Numbered from the whole stretch's first letter, positions 9,655 to 19,378 are shown. The stretch: 60,611 nt of DNA, filler included, from an uncultured virus (IMG/VR IMGVR_UViG_2061766007_003579) (3 parts of one record of this genome joined end to end with filler, not necessarily neighbours in it); one strand, 5' to 3'. The notes: generated by a model from the sequence alone, not told the origin. Program-made: numbers and translations.

Positions 9655-10916
9655 GCGATAATAAAACAAAGTATTACCTTGCGGACATCGATTCGCTGAT
9701 TCCATATGCCCGCAACTCAAGAACACACACCGATGAGCAGGTAGCACAGGTTGCCGCTTCAATTAAAGAATTCGGATTTCTAAATCCTGTGATAATCTCA
9801 GAAGACAACACCATCCTTGCTGGCCATGCCAGGGTACTTGCTGCCCGCAAACTCGGTCTGGACAAGGTTCCCTGCATCAAGGCTGAGAACCTCACTGAAG
9901 CTCAGAAACGTGCATATATCATCGCAGACAACAAGCTCTCCCTGAACGCAGGATGGGACGAAGAACTGCTGGCCGTCGAGATATCCGACCTACAAGCCGA
10001 GTCCTTTGATCTGTCTATTCTGGGTTTTGACGAGAAGGAGCTTGATAAGCTTCTATCCCCTTCAGGAGAAGACATCACCGATGACGACTTTGACATAGAT
10101 GCCGAACTGGAAAAACCGGCGGTCACCAAGGAAGGTGATCTTTGGACCATAGGAAGGCATAGACTCCTTTGTGGTGACAGTACCCTGCCTCAGAGCTTTG
10201 AGAAGCTCATGGATGGCCGCAAGGCAAACCTTGTGGTAACGGATCCGCCGTATAACGTCAACTACGAAGGCAATGCCGGAAAAATCAAGAACGACAACAT
10301 GGGCAATGATGCGTTCCATACTTTCCTGCTGGCTGCTTTCAACCGCCTCCATGAGAACATGGCAGGTGATGCCTCAATATACGTGTTTCACTCCGATACG
10401 GAAGGTCTGAATTTCAGAAGCGCATTTGACGAGGCAGGTTTCTATCTTTCCGGGTGCTGCATCTGGAAGAAACCTTCACTTGTACTCGGAAGAAGCCCAT
10501 ATCAGTGGCAGCATGAACCATGCCTTTTCGGGTGGCTTAAGAACGGCAAACATCAGTGGTATGCGGATCGTAAGCAGACAACAATCTGGGAATTTGAAAA
10601 ACCGAAGAAGAATGACCTTCACCCCACAATGAAGCCGGTTCCCCTTATCGCCTACTGCATCATGAACAGCTCCATGAGCAACACTCTTGTTGTTGATCCA
10701 TTCCTCGGAAGTGGAACAACTCTTATCGCATGCGAACAGACAGACAGGGCGTGCTTCGGTATCGAACTTGATCCAAAGTATTGTGATGTGATCGTCAACC
10801 GATATATCGAGCTTGTCGGAAGCACTGATGGCATCACGGTAGAAAGAAACGGAACAGTCCTAACCTATGAACAGGCCAAATCACTGGTCGAGTCAACGGA
10901 GGAAACCGATGGATAA
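9651..10916 (+). CDS. ParB N-terminal domain plus N6A/N4C DNA methyltransferase
   Basis: PYARNSRTH, AGHAR, IIADNK; TDPPY catalytic motif; HPTMKP; DPFLGSG. Confidence 0.95.
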   Translation: MSDNKTKYYLADIDSLIPYARNSRTHTDEQVAQVAASIKEFGFLNPVIISEDNTILAGHARVLAARKLGLDKVPCIKAENLTEAQKRAYIIADNKLSLNAGWDEELLAVEISDLQAESFDLSILGFDEKELDKLLSPSGEDITDDDFDIDAELEKPAVTKEGDLWTIGRHRLLCGDSTLPQSFEKLMDGRKANLVVTDPPYNVNYEGNAGKIKNDNMGNDAFHTFLLAAFNRLHENMAGDASIYVFHSDTEGLNFRSAFDEAGFYLSGCCIWKKPSLVLGRSPYQWQHEPCLFGWLKNGKHQWYADRKQTTIWEFEKPKKNDLHPTMKPVPLIAYCIMNSSMSNTLVVDPFLGSGTTLIACEQTDRACFGIELDPKYCDVIVNRYIELVGSTDGITVERNGTVLTYEQAKSLVESTEETDG

Positions 10917-11205
10917 GATCACAGCCATTGTAACGGTAGCCATATGCTTGTTCGGTTCTGGAGGCATAGTCCTGTGGTTCCTTAACCGCATAGCAAAGAA
11001 GCATGACGCAAGGGATACCACAAAAAAGGACCTGAAGGAAATCAAGGAATACATCAAGACCCTCCAGCGAGGTCTGATCATGTGTCTTGAGAACGATTGT
11101 GTGGTCTTTAATGCCCTGAAGACTCACCAGATAAACGGCGACAGTGAGCTTCAGGAGAAGAAGATGAAGGCTTACTTCCTGTCGCTTTTGGAGGATAAGA
11201 AATGA
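10909..11205 (+). CDS. single-TM membrane protein (holin/antiholin-like)
   Basis: N-terminal hydrophobic helix ITAIVTVAICLFGSGGIVLWFL followed by coiled coil; GGAGG SD. Confidence 0.6.
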   Translation: MDKITAIVTVAICLFGSGGIVLWFLNRIAKKHDARDTTKKDLKEIKEYIKTLQRGLIMCLENDCVVFNALKTHQINGDSELQEKKMKAYFLSLLEDKK

Positions 11206-11507
11206 GAATACTACTCCTGGTTGTGATTGCATTCTCGGTTTTTGTCGGGCTTGTAATGGAATTCTACAAAAAGAAGGTCCGTAAAGATAAAGCCGACACG
11301 TCTGAGATCAGCATGGTTTCATGGTCGTTTTCGGTGTTGTTCGGCATCGTGACTTTCATGGTGACCCCCACTCCCCCGGAACTGACAAGCACATGGCTTC
11401 TGGCCCTGCTTTACTCAGTACTGATTCATCTGTTCCAACTCCCTGCTTGCCAGGCTGTATGGAAACCGATCTTGAGGAAATGGATAGAGAGGAAAGCCGA
11501 TGTCTGA
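11202..11507 (+). CDS. putative holin (3 TM helices, basic C-terminus)
   Basis: 101 aa with three hydrophobic segments and C-terminal KPILRKWIERK. Confidence 0.6.
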   Translation: MRILLLVVIAFSVFVGLVMEFYKKKVRKDKADTSEISMVSWSFSVLFGIVTFMVTPTPPELTSTWLLALLYSVLIHLFQLPACQAVWKPILRKWIERKADV

Positions 11508-11772
11508 ATTCATATTCGGTCTCATAGTAGCAGTCCTGGGGCTTCTTGGTTTTGGAGTCTACAAGTCACGCAAGTTGGATGAACAGAAAGCCAAGACTCA
11601 GGAGGCAGAAGCAAAGGCTGAGATAGCGAAGAAGCAGATGGAGGTCGTACATGAAGTCAGGAAAGAACTCAAGATCATTGAGGAGGAAAAACCACCAGAG
11701 AGAATTGAAGCACCTGGTGTTGGTGACAGTGATTCTCGCCTTGATCGCCTTAACAGGCTGCACAACAACTGA
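11500..11772 (+). CDS. putative inner-membrane spanin (Rz-like)
   Basis: N-terminal TM FIFGLIVAVLGLLGFGVY followed by a charged coiled coil. Confidence 0.6.
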   Translation: MSEFIFGLIVAVLGLLGFGVYKSRKLDEQKAKTQEAEAKAEIAKKQMEVVHEVRKELKIIEEEKPPERIEAPGVGDSDSRLDRLNRLHNN

Positions 11773-12004
11773 GGTCATAGAGGACAAGACCACATTCATA
11801 GAGACGCTTCTTTCCATGATTCCAGATCTGCCGGATGTCCCCTCTTTCCCGGCCTTGAACTGGACATACCAGGATGGCCTCTATTGTCTGGATGAGACCA
11901 ACGTGGACAAGCTTCTTGACTATGGGGAAAACACCCTACCTCGCTTCAGATGGGAGCTTAAGCAGTACCAGAGGAAACTTGATTCCATATTACAGGCATT
12001 GTAG
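11651..12004 (+). CDS. putative outer-membrane spanin lipoprotein (Rz1-like), overlapping in the +1 frame
   Basis: Lipobox LIALTG-C; Pro-rich PDLPDVPSFP; GGAGG 6 nt before ATG 11651; 122-nt overlap with the upstream gene. Confidence 0.6.
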   Translation: MKSGKNSRSLRRKNHQRELKHLVLVTVILALIALTGCTTTEVIEDKTTFIETLLSMIPDLPDVPSFPALNWTYQDGLYCLDETNVDKLLDYGENTLPRFRWELKQYQRKLDSILQAL

Positions 12005-12007
12005 AAT
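11979..12007 (+). promoter_or_regulatory. sigma70-type promoter, leaderless architecture
   Basis: TTGATT-17-TAGAAT, 6 nt, then ATG at 12014. Confidence 0.6.
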
Positions 12008-12013
12008 CAGGCC

Positions 12014-12244
12014 ATGCTCTTGTTTGTCATAGTCCTTGTGGTAATAATCGTTGCGGTCATTCATTTTTCAAAAGAGGATTCTTCTGAGAGCAGTAAAACG
12101 CGTTATTCCAAGACAGGCAATTTCATGGATTTCGATCCGGGAGTTGATTCAGACAAAGTCGGAGATCCAAAGTACCCGAATGCCGGAATAGACAGCGTGA
12201 TGAAACATGAGTTTTTGGACGATGTTATGAAGGACGGAAAATAG
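12014..12244 (+). CDS. small membrane-anchored moron protein
   Basis: N-terminal TM helix and its own promoter. Confidence 0.7.
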   Translation: MLLFVIVLVVIIVAVIHFSKEDSSESSKTRYSKTGNFMDFDPGVDSDKVGDPKYPNAGIDSVMKHEFLDDVMKDGK

Positions 12245-12246
12245 AG

Positions 12247-12657
12247 CTACTGTTCACCGTTCTCAAGCTTGAAGAAGAATTCATGAAGAAAACCTGGAGC
12301 AGGATTGAATTCAATCGTTCCGCCATATAGGAAGACCTTAACTGAATCCGATGCATCACACATCGGGCACAGTGAACGCATACCTGCCTGAATATCATCC
12401 AGCAGCTTTTGAACATCTGCAGGGTCAACTGAGAAGGTCTCTTTTTCATCAAGAATGCTTCGTTCCCGGTCTATTCGGGCATAAGGATTGGACAGGAAAG
12501 TCCTCTCATCAATACCCGGAACCAATTTGAAAACTCTCTTGATGATTTTTCCATCTGGATAAACTGTCCATTCGGTTTTGTAGTGCGGAGCCCAGATGGG
12601 TCTCAAGCCATCTTCCCTGAACGTGTATCTGATGTATCTCAAGTCTCGGTCTTCCAT
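12247..12657 (-). CDS. hypothetical moron protein
   Basis: Antisense [11 protein letters not shown]...; promoter TTGCTC-17-TAATAT ends 7 nt before ATG. Confidence 0.7.
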   Translation of the reverse strand: MEDRDLRYIRYTFREDGLRPIWAPHYKTEWTVYPDGKIIKRVFKLVPGIDERTFLSNPYARIDRERSILDEKETFSVDPADVQKLLDDIQAGMRSLCPMCDASDSVKVFLYGGTIEFNPAPGFLHEFFFKLENGEQ

Positions 12658-12700
12658 GTTTTTCATATTAGAACCTGTTTTGAAAATGAGCAAGAAATAC

Positions 12701-12742
12701 ACTTGATAATGTTTCCGACTAGAGTGATGTATGAACATGCAA
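12701..12742 (+). promoter_or_regulatory. ACTTGATA-N11-TAGAGTGATRTAT-N2-ACATGCAA motif (copy 1)
   Basis: Repeated with identical spacing at 13445-13486. Confidence 0.7.
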
Positions 12743-12765
12743 ATACTTCACATGGAGGAAATTAC

Positions 12766-13212
12766 ATGGCAAACAAGAAAACAGAACAGCCAAATCTCGT
12801 AAGCGTAAGCGTCAGGAGAAGCACACTTGATGACAAGGGGCTCGAGAACCTCGTGTCCATCGTCAAGTCGAAGGAGACTCTTATCCAGAAGGCCTTTGCG
12901 ACCGGACCGCTTCGCATCGAAGCGACAAAGGACAAGATAACCTTTCATTGGTTTGTAGCGGAGCAACCTGAAGACATGAACGCTTATAACGTGTTCATCG
13001 AAAAACTCTGCAATATGGCCAAGACTCTCAAGCGGGTCAATGCGAAAGAGGAAAAGAGCTATGACAACGAGAAGTACGCTTTCAGATGCTTCCTGCTCCG
13101 ACTAGGCCTCATCGGAGACCAGTACAAGGAAGCAAGAAAGGTTCTTCTTCGCAACCTCTCCGGCTCGGCTGCCTTCAAAAGCGGAGCAAAGAAACAGGAG
13201 GTCGTAGAATGA
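12766..13212 (+). CDS. conserved phage protein (so-called virulence-related protein family)
   Basis: [56 protein letters not shown]. Confidence 0.85.
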   Translation: MANKKTEQPNLVSVSVRRSTLDDKGLENLVSIVKSKETLIQKAFATGPLRIEATKDKITFHWFVAEQPEDMNAYNVFIEKLCNMAKTLKRVNAKEEKSYDNEKYAFRCFLLRLGLIGDQYKEARKVLLRNLSGSAAFKSGAKKQEVVE

Positions 13213-13427
13213 CATTCCCTTCAAGAGAACAGGTTACCCGGCTCCGAGAGCAGTACAAGAAAGGTATGAAGGTTCGCCTTATCAGCATGGATGACATGCA
13301 GGCAGTACCTCCGGGAACAATCGGAGAAGTCTTCGGTGTGGATGATGCTGGCTCGATTTTGGTCAGATGGGAAACAGGGAGTCACCTCTCCCTGATTCCC
13401 GGAGAAGACTGCTTCGAAATAGTGTAA
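13209..13427 (+). CDS. DUF4314 domain protein
   Basis: [22 protein letters not shown]...[24 protein letters not shown]. Confidence 0.9.
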   Translation: MTFPSREQVTRLREQYKKGMKVRLISMDDMQAVPPGTIGEVFGVDDAGSILVRWETGSHLSLIPGEDCFEIV

Positions 13428-13444
13428 CTTATTTTCCTGCAATG

Positions 13445-13486
13445 ACTTGATATATCTTTCGAATAGAGTGATATATACACATGCAA
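13445..13486 (+). promoter_or_regulatory. ACTTGATA-N11-TAGAGTGATRTAT-N2-ACATGCAA motif (copy 2)
   Basis: Same motif as 12701-12742, just before the SD of 13500. Confidence 0.7.
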
Positions 13487-13499
13487 GGAGAACAAAAGC

Positions 13500-13838
13500 A
13501 TGAAAAACACATACTTCGAAAACACAGACTTCAACGACAAGAGCACCGGATGCATCAAGGCCATGTGGGCATACCGCCACAGCAACGAGCGCGGGACCGA
13601 CGAGTTCGAGATGAGCGACTTCTTGTGGAAGAACGAGGTCAAGGATTTTGTCGATACACTCAGAAAAGCCGGGATCCAGAGCTTTGTGTATACCAACACA
13701 AGCACGGCAACCATGATGGTGCTTCACCTCCTGGTAGAGAGCGGCTGCAAGATGGAAGGCCTTTACACCCTCACCAGACCCGAAACCCCTTACTCAGACG
13801 AGGAAGAGGTATACGGAATCAGGTTCACCCTGAATTGA
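13500..13838 (+). CDS. conserved phage hypothetical protein (DUF7698-like)
   Basis: AMWAY..S, FLW.NEV.DFVDTLRKAGI..FVYTNTST; AAGGAG SD. Confidence 0.75.
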   Translation: MKNTYFENTDFNDKSTGCIKAMWAYRHSNERGTDEFEMSDFLWKNEVKDFVDTLRKAGIQSFVYTNTSTATMMVLHLLVESGCKMEGLYTLTRPETPYSDEEEVYGIRFTLN

Positions 13839-13849
13839 GGAGGTCGGGC

Positions 13850-14074
13850 ATGTGGAGAGAAGGAACGGTTGGAGTACACGGAGACATCTTCCATTACTGG
13901 GTGAAGTTCTACGAAGAGCCTTCCCAGTTCGGAATCGACGGCGGCAGGATTTCCAAGCTTATGCTCAAGAGAAAAAACCAGATCGTCTGCAACTACGACA
14001 GAGGCTGGGACATCAAGCCGGTCGATGAGAATACCGATATAGCACTTCAGATTCTGCTTTTAGAGCATAACTGA
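13850..14074 (+). CDS. conserved phage hypothetical protein (DUF7678-like)
   Basis: MWREGT...YWVKFYEEPSQFGIDGGRISKL...NYDRGWDIKP. Confidence 0.85.
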   Translation: MWREGTVGVHGDIFHYWVKFYEEPSQFGIDGGRISKLMLKRKNQIVCNYDRGWDIKPVDENTDIALQILLLEHN

Positions 14075-14092
14075 TAAGAAAACGACACTACC

Positions 14093-14122
14093 GAAGGCTC
14101 GCAGCGATGCGGGCCTTCATTC
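14093..14122 (+). terminator. hairpin before TerL
   Basis: GAAGGCTCGCA-GCGA-TGCGGGCCTTC stem-loop. Confidence 0.5.
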
Positions 14123-14137
14123 GTATAAGGACAAAAC

Positions 14138-15730
14138 ATGGGAAAACACAAAGTCACACAATTCATGGCAGCGTCTTCCCATTACGATAAGAATAAAGCC
14201 GACTTCGCAGTAGAGTTCATCCAGAACCTGCGACACACAAAAGGCATATGGGCTGGAAAGCCATTCACCCTTTTGCCGTGGCAGGAGCAGATAATCAGGG
14301 ATGTGTTCGGAGTCGTCAAAGCAAACGGCTATAGGCAATTTAACACCGCTTATGTGGAAATACCGAAGAAGAATGGGAAGAGCGAACTGGCTGCCGCCGT
14401 GGCACTTCTCCTCTGTTGCGGAGACAGGGAAGAAAGAGCCGAGGTCTACGGCTGTGCTGCTGACCGTCAACAGGCATCTATCGTCTTTGAGGTTGCAGCA
14501 GATATGGTTCGTATGTGCCCGGCCCTGAACAAGCGGGTCAAGATCCTCGCCTCTCAGAAGAGGATTGTGTTCCAGCCGACCAACAGTTTCTATCAGGTAT
14601 TGAGTGCAGAAGCCTACTCAAAGCACGGATTCAACATCCACGGCGTGGTCTTCGACGAGCTACATACCCAGCCCAACAGGCAGCTGTTCGATGTCATGAC
14701 AAAGGGCTCAGGCGATGCGAGGATGCAGCCTCTGTACTTTCTAATCACAACCGCAGGAACAGATACCCACAGCATATGCTATGAGACCCACCAGAAGGCA
14801 AAGGACATACTTGAAGGTCGCAAGATCGACCCGACATTCTATCCGGTGATCTACGGTGCTGACGAATCTGAGGACTGGACCGACCCCAAGGTCTGGAAGA
14901 AGGCAAATCCATCGCTTGGGGAGACGATAGGAATCGACAAAGTGCGTGATGCCTGCAACTCAGCCAAACAGAATCCCGGAGAGGAAAACTCCTTCCGGCA
15001 ACTCAGACTCAACCAGTGGGTAAAACAGGCTGTGCGCTGGATGCCGATGGCAGCATGGGACAAGTGCGCCTTCAATGTCGACCCGGAGGAACTTGAAGGC
15101 AGGGTCTGCTATGGCGGTCTGGATCTATCCAGTACCACAGACATAACGGCCTTCGTTCTCGTGTTCCCGCCGTTAGATGACGAGGACACTTTCAAGGTTC
15201 TGCCGTATTTCTGGCTTCCTGAGGACAATGTGTCGCTAAGGGTCAACCGGGACCATGTTCCGTATGACCTCTGGGTCCGCCAGGATCTGGTTGAGACAAC
15301 AGAAGGAAACGTAGTTCATTACGCTGAAATAGAGAGATTCATCACCAAGTTGGGTGAGAAATATAACATCCGGGAAATCGCCTATGACCGCTGGGGGGCG
15401 ACGATGCTTGTCCAGCAGCTTGAAGGTGAAGGCTTCACCGTTGTGCCCTTCGGGCAGGGATTCAAGGATATGTCCCCTCCTACGAAAGAGCTGATGAAAC
15501 TGGTTCTGGAGCAGAAGATCGCGCATGGGGGCCACGAGGTTCTTCGATGGATGATGGACAACATCTTCATCCGAACTGATCCTGCCGGAAACATCAAACC
15601 GGACAAGGAGAAGTCCACAGAAAAGATTGATGGTGCCGTGGCTATGATCATGGCACTTGACCGGGCGATCCGGTGCGGGAACGACACTGGAACTTCGGTA
15701 TATGACCAAAGAGGAATCTTCATCCTCTAA
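14138..15730 (+). CDS. terL: terminase large subunit
   Basis: EIPKKNGKS Walker A, VFDELH Walker B, ITTAG, GGLDLSSTTD, KIDGAVA. Confidence 0.97.
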   Translation: MGKHKVTQFMAASSHYDKNKADFAVEFIQNLRHTKGIWAGKPFTLLPWQEQIIRDVFGVVKANGYRQFNTAYVEIPKKNGKSELAAAVALLLCCGDREERAEVYGCAADRQQASIVFEVAADMVRMCPALNKRVKILASQKRIVFQPTNSFYQVLSAEAYSKHGFNIHGVVFDELHTQPNRQLFDVMTKGSGDARMQPLYFLITTAGTDTHSICYETHQKAKDILEGRKIDPTFYPVIYGADESEDWTDPKVWKKANPSLGETIGIDKVRDACNSAKQNPGEENSFRQLRLNQWVKQAVRWMPMAAWDKCAFNVDPEELEGRVCYGGLDLSSTTDITAFVLVFPPLDDEDTFKVLPYFWLPEDNVSLRVNRDHVPYDLWVRQDLVETTEGNVVHYAEIERFITKLGEKYNIREIAYDRWGATMLVQQLEGEGFTVVPFGQGFKDMSPPTKELMKLVLEQKIAHGGHEVLRWMMDNIFIRTDPAGNIKPDKEKSTEKIDGAVAMIMALDRAIRCGNDTGTSVYDQRGIFIL

Positions 15731-15742
15731 AGAAAAGGAAAC

Positions 15743-17041
15743 ATGAAACTACCTCGACTCTTTAGAACAAGGGATAAACCCGTAAGTAACGCCACCTCAG
15801 GCTCCGCGTTCAGCTTCTTCATGGGCGGTTCCACATCAGGCAAGAACGTGAATGAGCGCTCTGCCATGCAGATGACTGCGGTCTACGCCTGTGTCCGTAT
15901 CCTCTCAGAAGCTGTGGCGGGTCTTCCATTGCATTTATACCGCTACAACAAGGACGGCGGCAAAGAAAAGGCAATGGATCATCCGTTGTACGCACTTCTT
16001 CACGATGAACCGAATCCTGAGATGACAAGCTTCGTCTTTCGGGAAACCTTGATGACGCACCTATTGCTGTGGGGTAATGCCTACGCCCAGATAATCCGTA
16101 ACGGCAAGGGAGAGATCATAGCCCTCTACCCTCTTATGCCGAACAAGATGCAGGTGGACCGAGATGACAAAGGTCAGCTCTTCTACACATACAGCCGGAG
16201 CAGAGAAGAAGCGAATTCAAAAGATAGCTCGACTGTAGTTCTGAAGCCTGACGATGTCCTGCACATTCCTGGTCTTGGGTTTGACGGGCTTGTAGGCTAT
16301 AGCCCCATTGCAATGGCAAAGAATGCCATCGGCATGGCCATCGCATGTGAGGAGTTCGGAGCAAAGTTCTTTGCAAATGGGGCCTCCCCTTCCGGCGTCC
16401 TGGAGCACCCAGGCATTCTGAAGGATCCTGAGAGAGTCAGAACCTCCTGGAACGCAGCCTACGGCGGGTCATCCAACGCCCACAAGGTGGCTGTACTTGA
16501 GGAAGGCATGAAGTACACGCCGATCTCGATAAGTCCCAACGAAGCTCAGTTCCTTGAGACCCGTAAGTTTCAGATCAACGAGATAGCCCGCATTTTTCGG
16601 GTTCCTCCTCATATGGTCGGAGACCTGGAAAAGAGCTCTTTCAGCAACATCGAACAGCAAAGTCTGGAATTTGTGAAATACACGCTGGATCCCTGGGTGA
16701 TCCGTTGGGAACAAAGCTTGTCACGGGCACTCTTCTCGATTGACGAAAAGAAATCCTACTTCTTCAAGTTCAACGTCGAGGGACTATTGCGCGGTGATTA
16801 TCAGAGCCGTATGACAGGCTATGCCACTGCCAGGCAGAACGGGTGGATGAGTGCAAACGACATCCGAGAGCTTGAGAATCTGGACAGAATCCCCGCAGAA
16901 GACGGTGGAGATCTGTATCTGGTCAATGGAAATATGCTGCCGCTTGAGAAAGCCGGTGCAGCTTATGCGAACAAGAATCCAAACAAGGAGGATGAATCCA
17001 ATGAAGGACAAAAAGTTCTGGAAATGGATGAATCTGGCTGA
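15743..17041 (+). CDS. portal protein (HK97 family)
   Basis: AVYACVRILSEAVAGLPL, LLLWGNAY, EIARIFRVPPHMVGDLEKSSFSNIEQQ. Confidence 0.97.
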   Translation: MKLPRLFRTRDKPVSNATSGSAFSFFMGGSTSGKNVNERSAMQMTAVYACVRILSEAVAGLPLHLYRYNKDGGKEKAMDHPLYALLHDEPNPEMTSFVFRETLMTHLLLWGNAYAQIIRNGKGEIIALYPLMPNKMQVDRDDKGQLFYTYSRSREEANSKDSSTVVLKPDDVLHIPGLGFDGLVGYSPIAMAKNAIGMAIACEEFGAKFFANGASPSGVLEHPGILKDPERVRTSWNAAYGGSSNAHKVAVLEEGMKYTPISISPNEAQFLETRKFQINEIARIFRVPPHMVGDLEKSSFSNIEQQSLEFVKYTLDPWVIRWEQSLSRALFSIDEKKSYFFKFNVEGLLRGDYQSRMTGYATARQNGWMSANDIRELENLDRIPAEDGGDLYLVNGNMLPLEKAGAAYANKNPNKEDESNEGQKVLEMDESG

Positions 17042-17714
17042 GGGTGATTCCGTCAGGGTGCTGGAGTTGTATGGAACTATTGCGGAAGAGTCATGGTTCG
17101 ATGACGACATCACTCCGAAGATGTTCCATGACGAGCTTTTCTCCGGAACCGGAGACATCGTGATATGGATCAACTCCCCTGGCGGTGACTGCATCGCTGC
17201 AAGCCAGATCTATTCCATGCTTATGGATTACAAGGGCAAGGTCACAATCAAGATTGACGGCATTGCTGCTTCCGCAGCGTCCGTGATTGCAATGGCCGGA
17301 ACAGAAGTGCTCATGGCACCAACTGCCCTGATGATGATCCATAACCCCGCTACTGTGGCATTCGGTGATCACAAGGACATGCAGAAAGCAATCGAGATGC
17401 TTTCCGAGGTCAAGGAATCGATCATCAACGCCTACGAGATCAAAACCGGTCAGAGCCGTGCAAAACTGAGCCATTTGATGGACAGCGAGACGTGGATGAA
17501 TGCGAACAAGGCCATTGAGATGGGATTCGCAGACGGATTGCTTGAGGATGAGAAGAATACCCATGATGAGGGCTCATACTCATTCTCCCAGAAACAAACC
17601 ACAAATGCTCTGATCAACAAGATCGAGACCAAGGCAAGACCCATTGCCAAGGTGGAAACAAATGGACGTTCCGTTGATGTGCTCATGGATCGTCTCAATC
17701 TTCTCAAATACTGA
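17001..17714 (+). CDS. ClpP-type head maturation protease
   Basis: INSPGGD, IDGIAASAASVIAMAG, MMIHNP, ETWMNA. Confidence 0.95.
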   Translation: MKDKKFWKWMNLAEGDSVRVLELYGTIAEESWFDDDITPKMFHDELFSGTGDIVIWINSPGGDCIAASQIYSMLMDYKGKVTIKIDGIAASAASVIAMAGTEVLMAPTALMMIHNPATVAFGDHKDMQKAIEMLSEVKESIINAYEIKTGQSRAKLSHLMDSETWMNANKAIEMGFADGLLEDEKNTHDEGSYSFSQKQTTNALINKIETKARPIAKVETNGRSVDVLMDRLNLLKY

Positions 17715-17743
17715 AATTACAAACATTTATAGGAGACTACTCT

Positions 17744-19096
17744 ATGACTATCACAGAACTTCGCAAGAAGCGTGCTTCAGTGTGGGAAAGTGCCAAGGCT
17801 TTTCTCAATTCGCACAGACAGGAGAACGGACTTCTTTCTGCTGAGGATGACGCAACATACTCAAAGATGGAGAAGGAAATCACAGATCTCGGAGCGGAAA
17901 TCGCACGTCTTGAAAGGCAGGAGGCCATTGAGGCCGAGCTTTCCAAGCCTGTCAACCAGCCCATCACCGGTCNNNNNNNNNNACAGGAGAACGGCCTTCT
18001 CTCTGCCGAAGATGATACCACCTACTCCAAGATGGAGAAGGAAATCACTGATCTCGGAGCTGAGATTGCCCGTCTTGAAAGACAGGAGTCCATTGAGGCA
18101 GAGCTTTCAAAACCCGTCAACCAGCCGATCACCGGACAGCCCATGAGAACGGGAGACCAGGAGAGTCCGAGACTCAGGGCCTCAAAAGCTTACAGGGAGG
18201 ACTTCCTGAACATCATCCGTGGCAATAAACCGATCCACAACGTCCTCTCCACCACTCCGGGCTCTGACGGCGGATACCTCGTTCCCGACGAGTTTGAGCG
18301 CCAGATCATCACTGCTCTTGAGGAAGAGAATGTATTCCGAAAGATCGCAAAGGTCATCAGAACAGAGCATGATCGTAAGATTCCGGTCGCAGGTGAGCAT
18401 TCCGTAGCACAGTGGACAGATGAGAACGGCGCTTATACAGAGAGCAACCCGACCTTCGGACAGATTGAGCTGGATGCCTACAAGCTGACAGACCTTATCA
18501 GAGTATCTGATGAGCTTCTGCAGGATTCCATGTTTGATATTGAGTCCTATCTCTCCGGCGAGTTTGCCCGTGCCTTCGGAATCAAGGAGGAAGAGGCTTT
18601 CTGCGTCGGCAACGGCACAAAGAAACCTACCGGACTGTTCACTGCAAACGGCGGCCAGGTTGGAGTCACTGCAGCAGGAACCACAGCAATCACCGCTGAT
18701 GAACTGATCAATCTGATCTACTCACTCAAGGCTCCGTATAGGAAGAACGCAAAGTTCCTCCTCAACGATGCTACAGTCTCACACATCCGCAAGCTCAAGG
18801 ACGGCAACGGAGTCTACCTCTGGCAGCCTTCTCTTGTGGCAGGTCAGCCTGACAAGCTTCTCGGATATGACCTGTACACATCCGCATACGTACCTACCCT
18901 TGCAGCTTCCGCATATACGGTCGCATTCGGTGATTTCTCTTATTACTGGATTGCAGACCGCCAGAACAGAATCCTCAAGCGCCTCGTGGAGCTTTATGCA
19001 ACAAACGGACAGGTCGGATTCGTGGCATCCCAGCGCGTGGACGGCAAGATCATCCTTCCTGAGGGAATCAAGCTGCTTCAGCAGAAGGCTTCCTGA
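17744..19096 (+). CDS. major capsid protein (HK97 fold); N-terminus duplicated across an N-gap
   Basis: DGGYLVPDEFE, SDELLQDS, GNGTKKPTG, KLKDGNG.YLWQP, QRVDGK. Confidence 0.97.
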   Translation: MTITELRKKRASVWESAKAFLNSHRQENGLLSAEDDATYSKMEKEITDLGAEIARLERQEAIEAELSKPVNQPITGXXXXQENGLLSAEDDTTYSKMEKEITDLGAEIARLERQESIEAELSKPVNQPITGQPMRTGDQESPRLRASKAYREDFLNIIRGNKPIHNVLSTTPGSDGGYLVPDEFERQIITALEEENVFRKIAKVIRTEHDRKIPVAGEHSVAQWTDENGAYTESNPTFGQIELDAYKLTDLIRVSDELLQDSMFDIESYLSGEFARAFGIKEEEAFCVGNGTKKPTGLFTANGGQVGVTAAGTTAITADELINLIYSLKAPYRKNAKFLLNDATVSHIRKLKDGNGVYLWQPSLVAGQPDKLLGYDLYTSAYVPTLAASAYTVAFGDFSYYWIADRQNRILKRLVELYATNGQVGFVASQRVDGKIILPEGIKLLQQKAS

Positions 19097-19110
19097 TTTG
19101 GAGGTGAGAT

Positions 19111-19368
19111 ATGAGCTACAACGCAAAGAACTATACCGAGCAGGGTGGCGATGTCACTCACTTCGGCGGGAAGGTAATTTTCGAGGAAGGCTCTCAAGTT
19201 GAGGGCCTTCCTTCCCCTACCGTTCCTGATGCAACAACCACTGCAAAAGGACTGGTGAAACAGGCTGCTGCAGTCGCAGATGCAGCTGGAGAGGCTCCGA
19301 CAGCAACAGAGTACAATGCACTGCTTGCCTCACTGCGAAGTGCCGGTATTCTGGCGCCAGCAGAATGA
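19111..19368 (+). CDS. head fibre/decoration-like protein
   Basis: MSYNAKNYTEQGG; ATTTAKGLVKQ; EYNALLASLRSAG; follows the capsid gene. Confidence 0.75.
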   Translation: MSYNAKNYTEQGGDVTHFGGKVIFEEGSQVEGLPSPTVPDATTTAKGLVKQAAAVADAAGEAPTATEYNALLASLRSAGILAPAE

Positions 19369-19378
19369 GGTGACAGAT

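Noticed and set aside
13481..13849. 197-aa ORF overlapping the 13500 gene
   Set aside because: Only the part from ATG 13850 has an SD and recognisable motifs; the upstream part is a shadow frame.
17820..18140. Tandem duplication in the capsid N-terminus
   Set aside because: Two alleles overlapped across a 10-N gap; scaffolding artefact.
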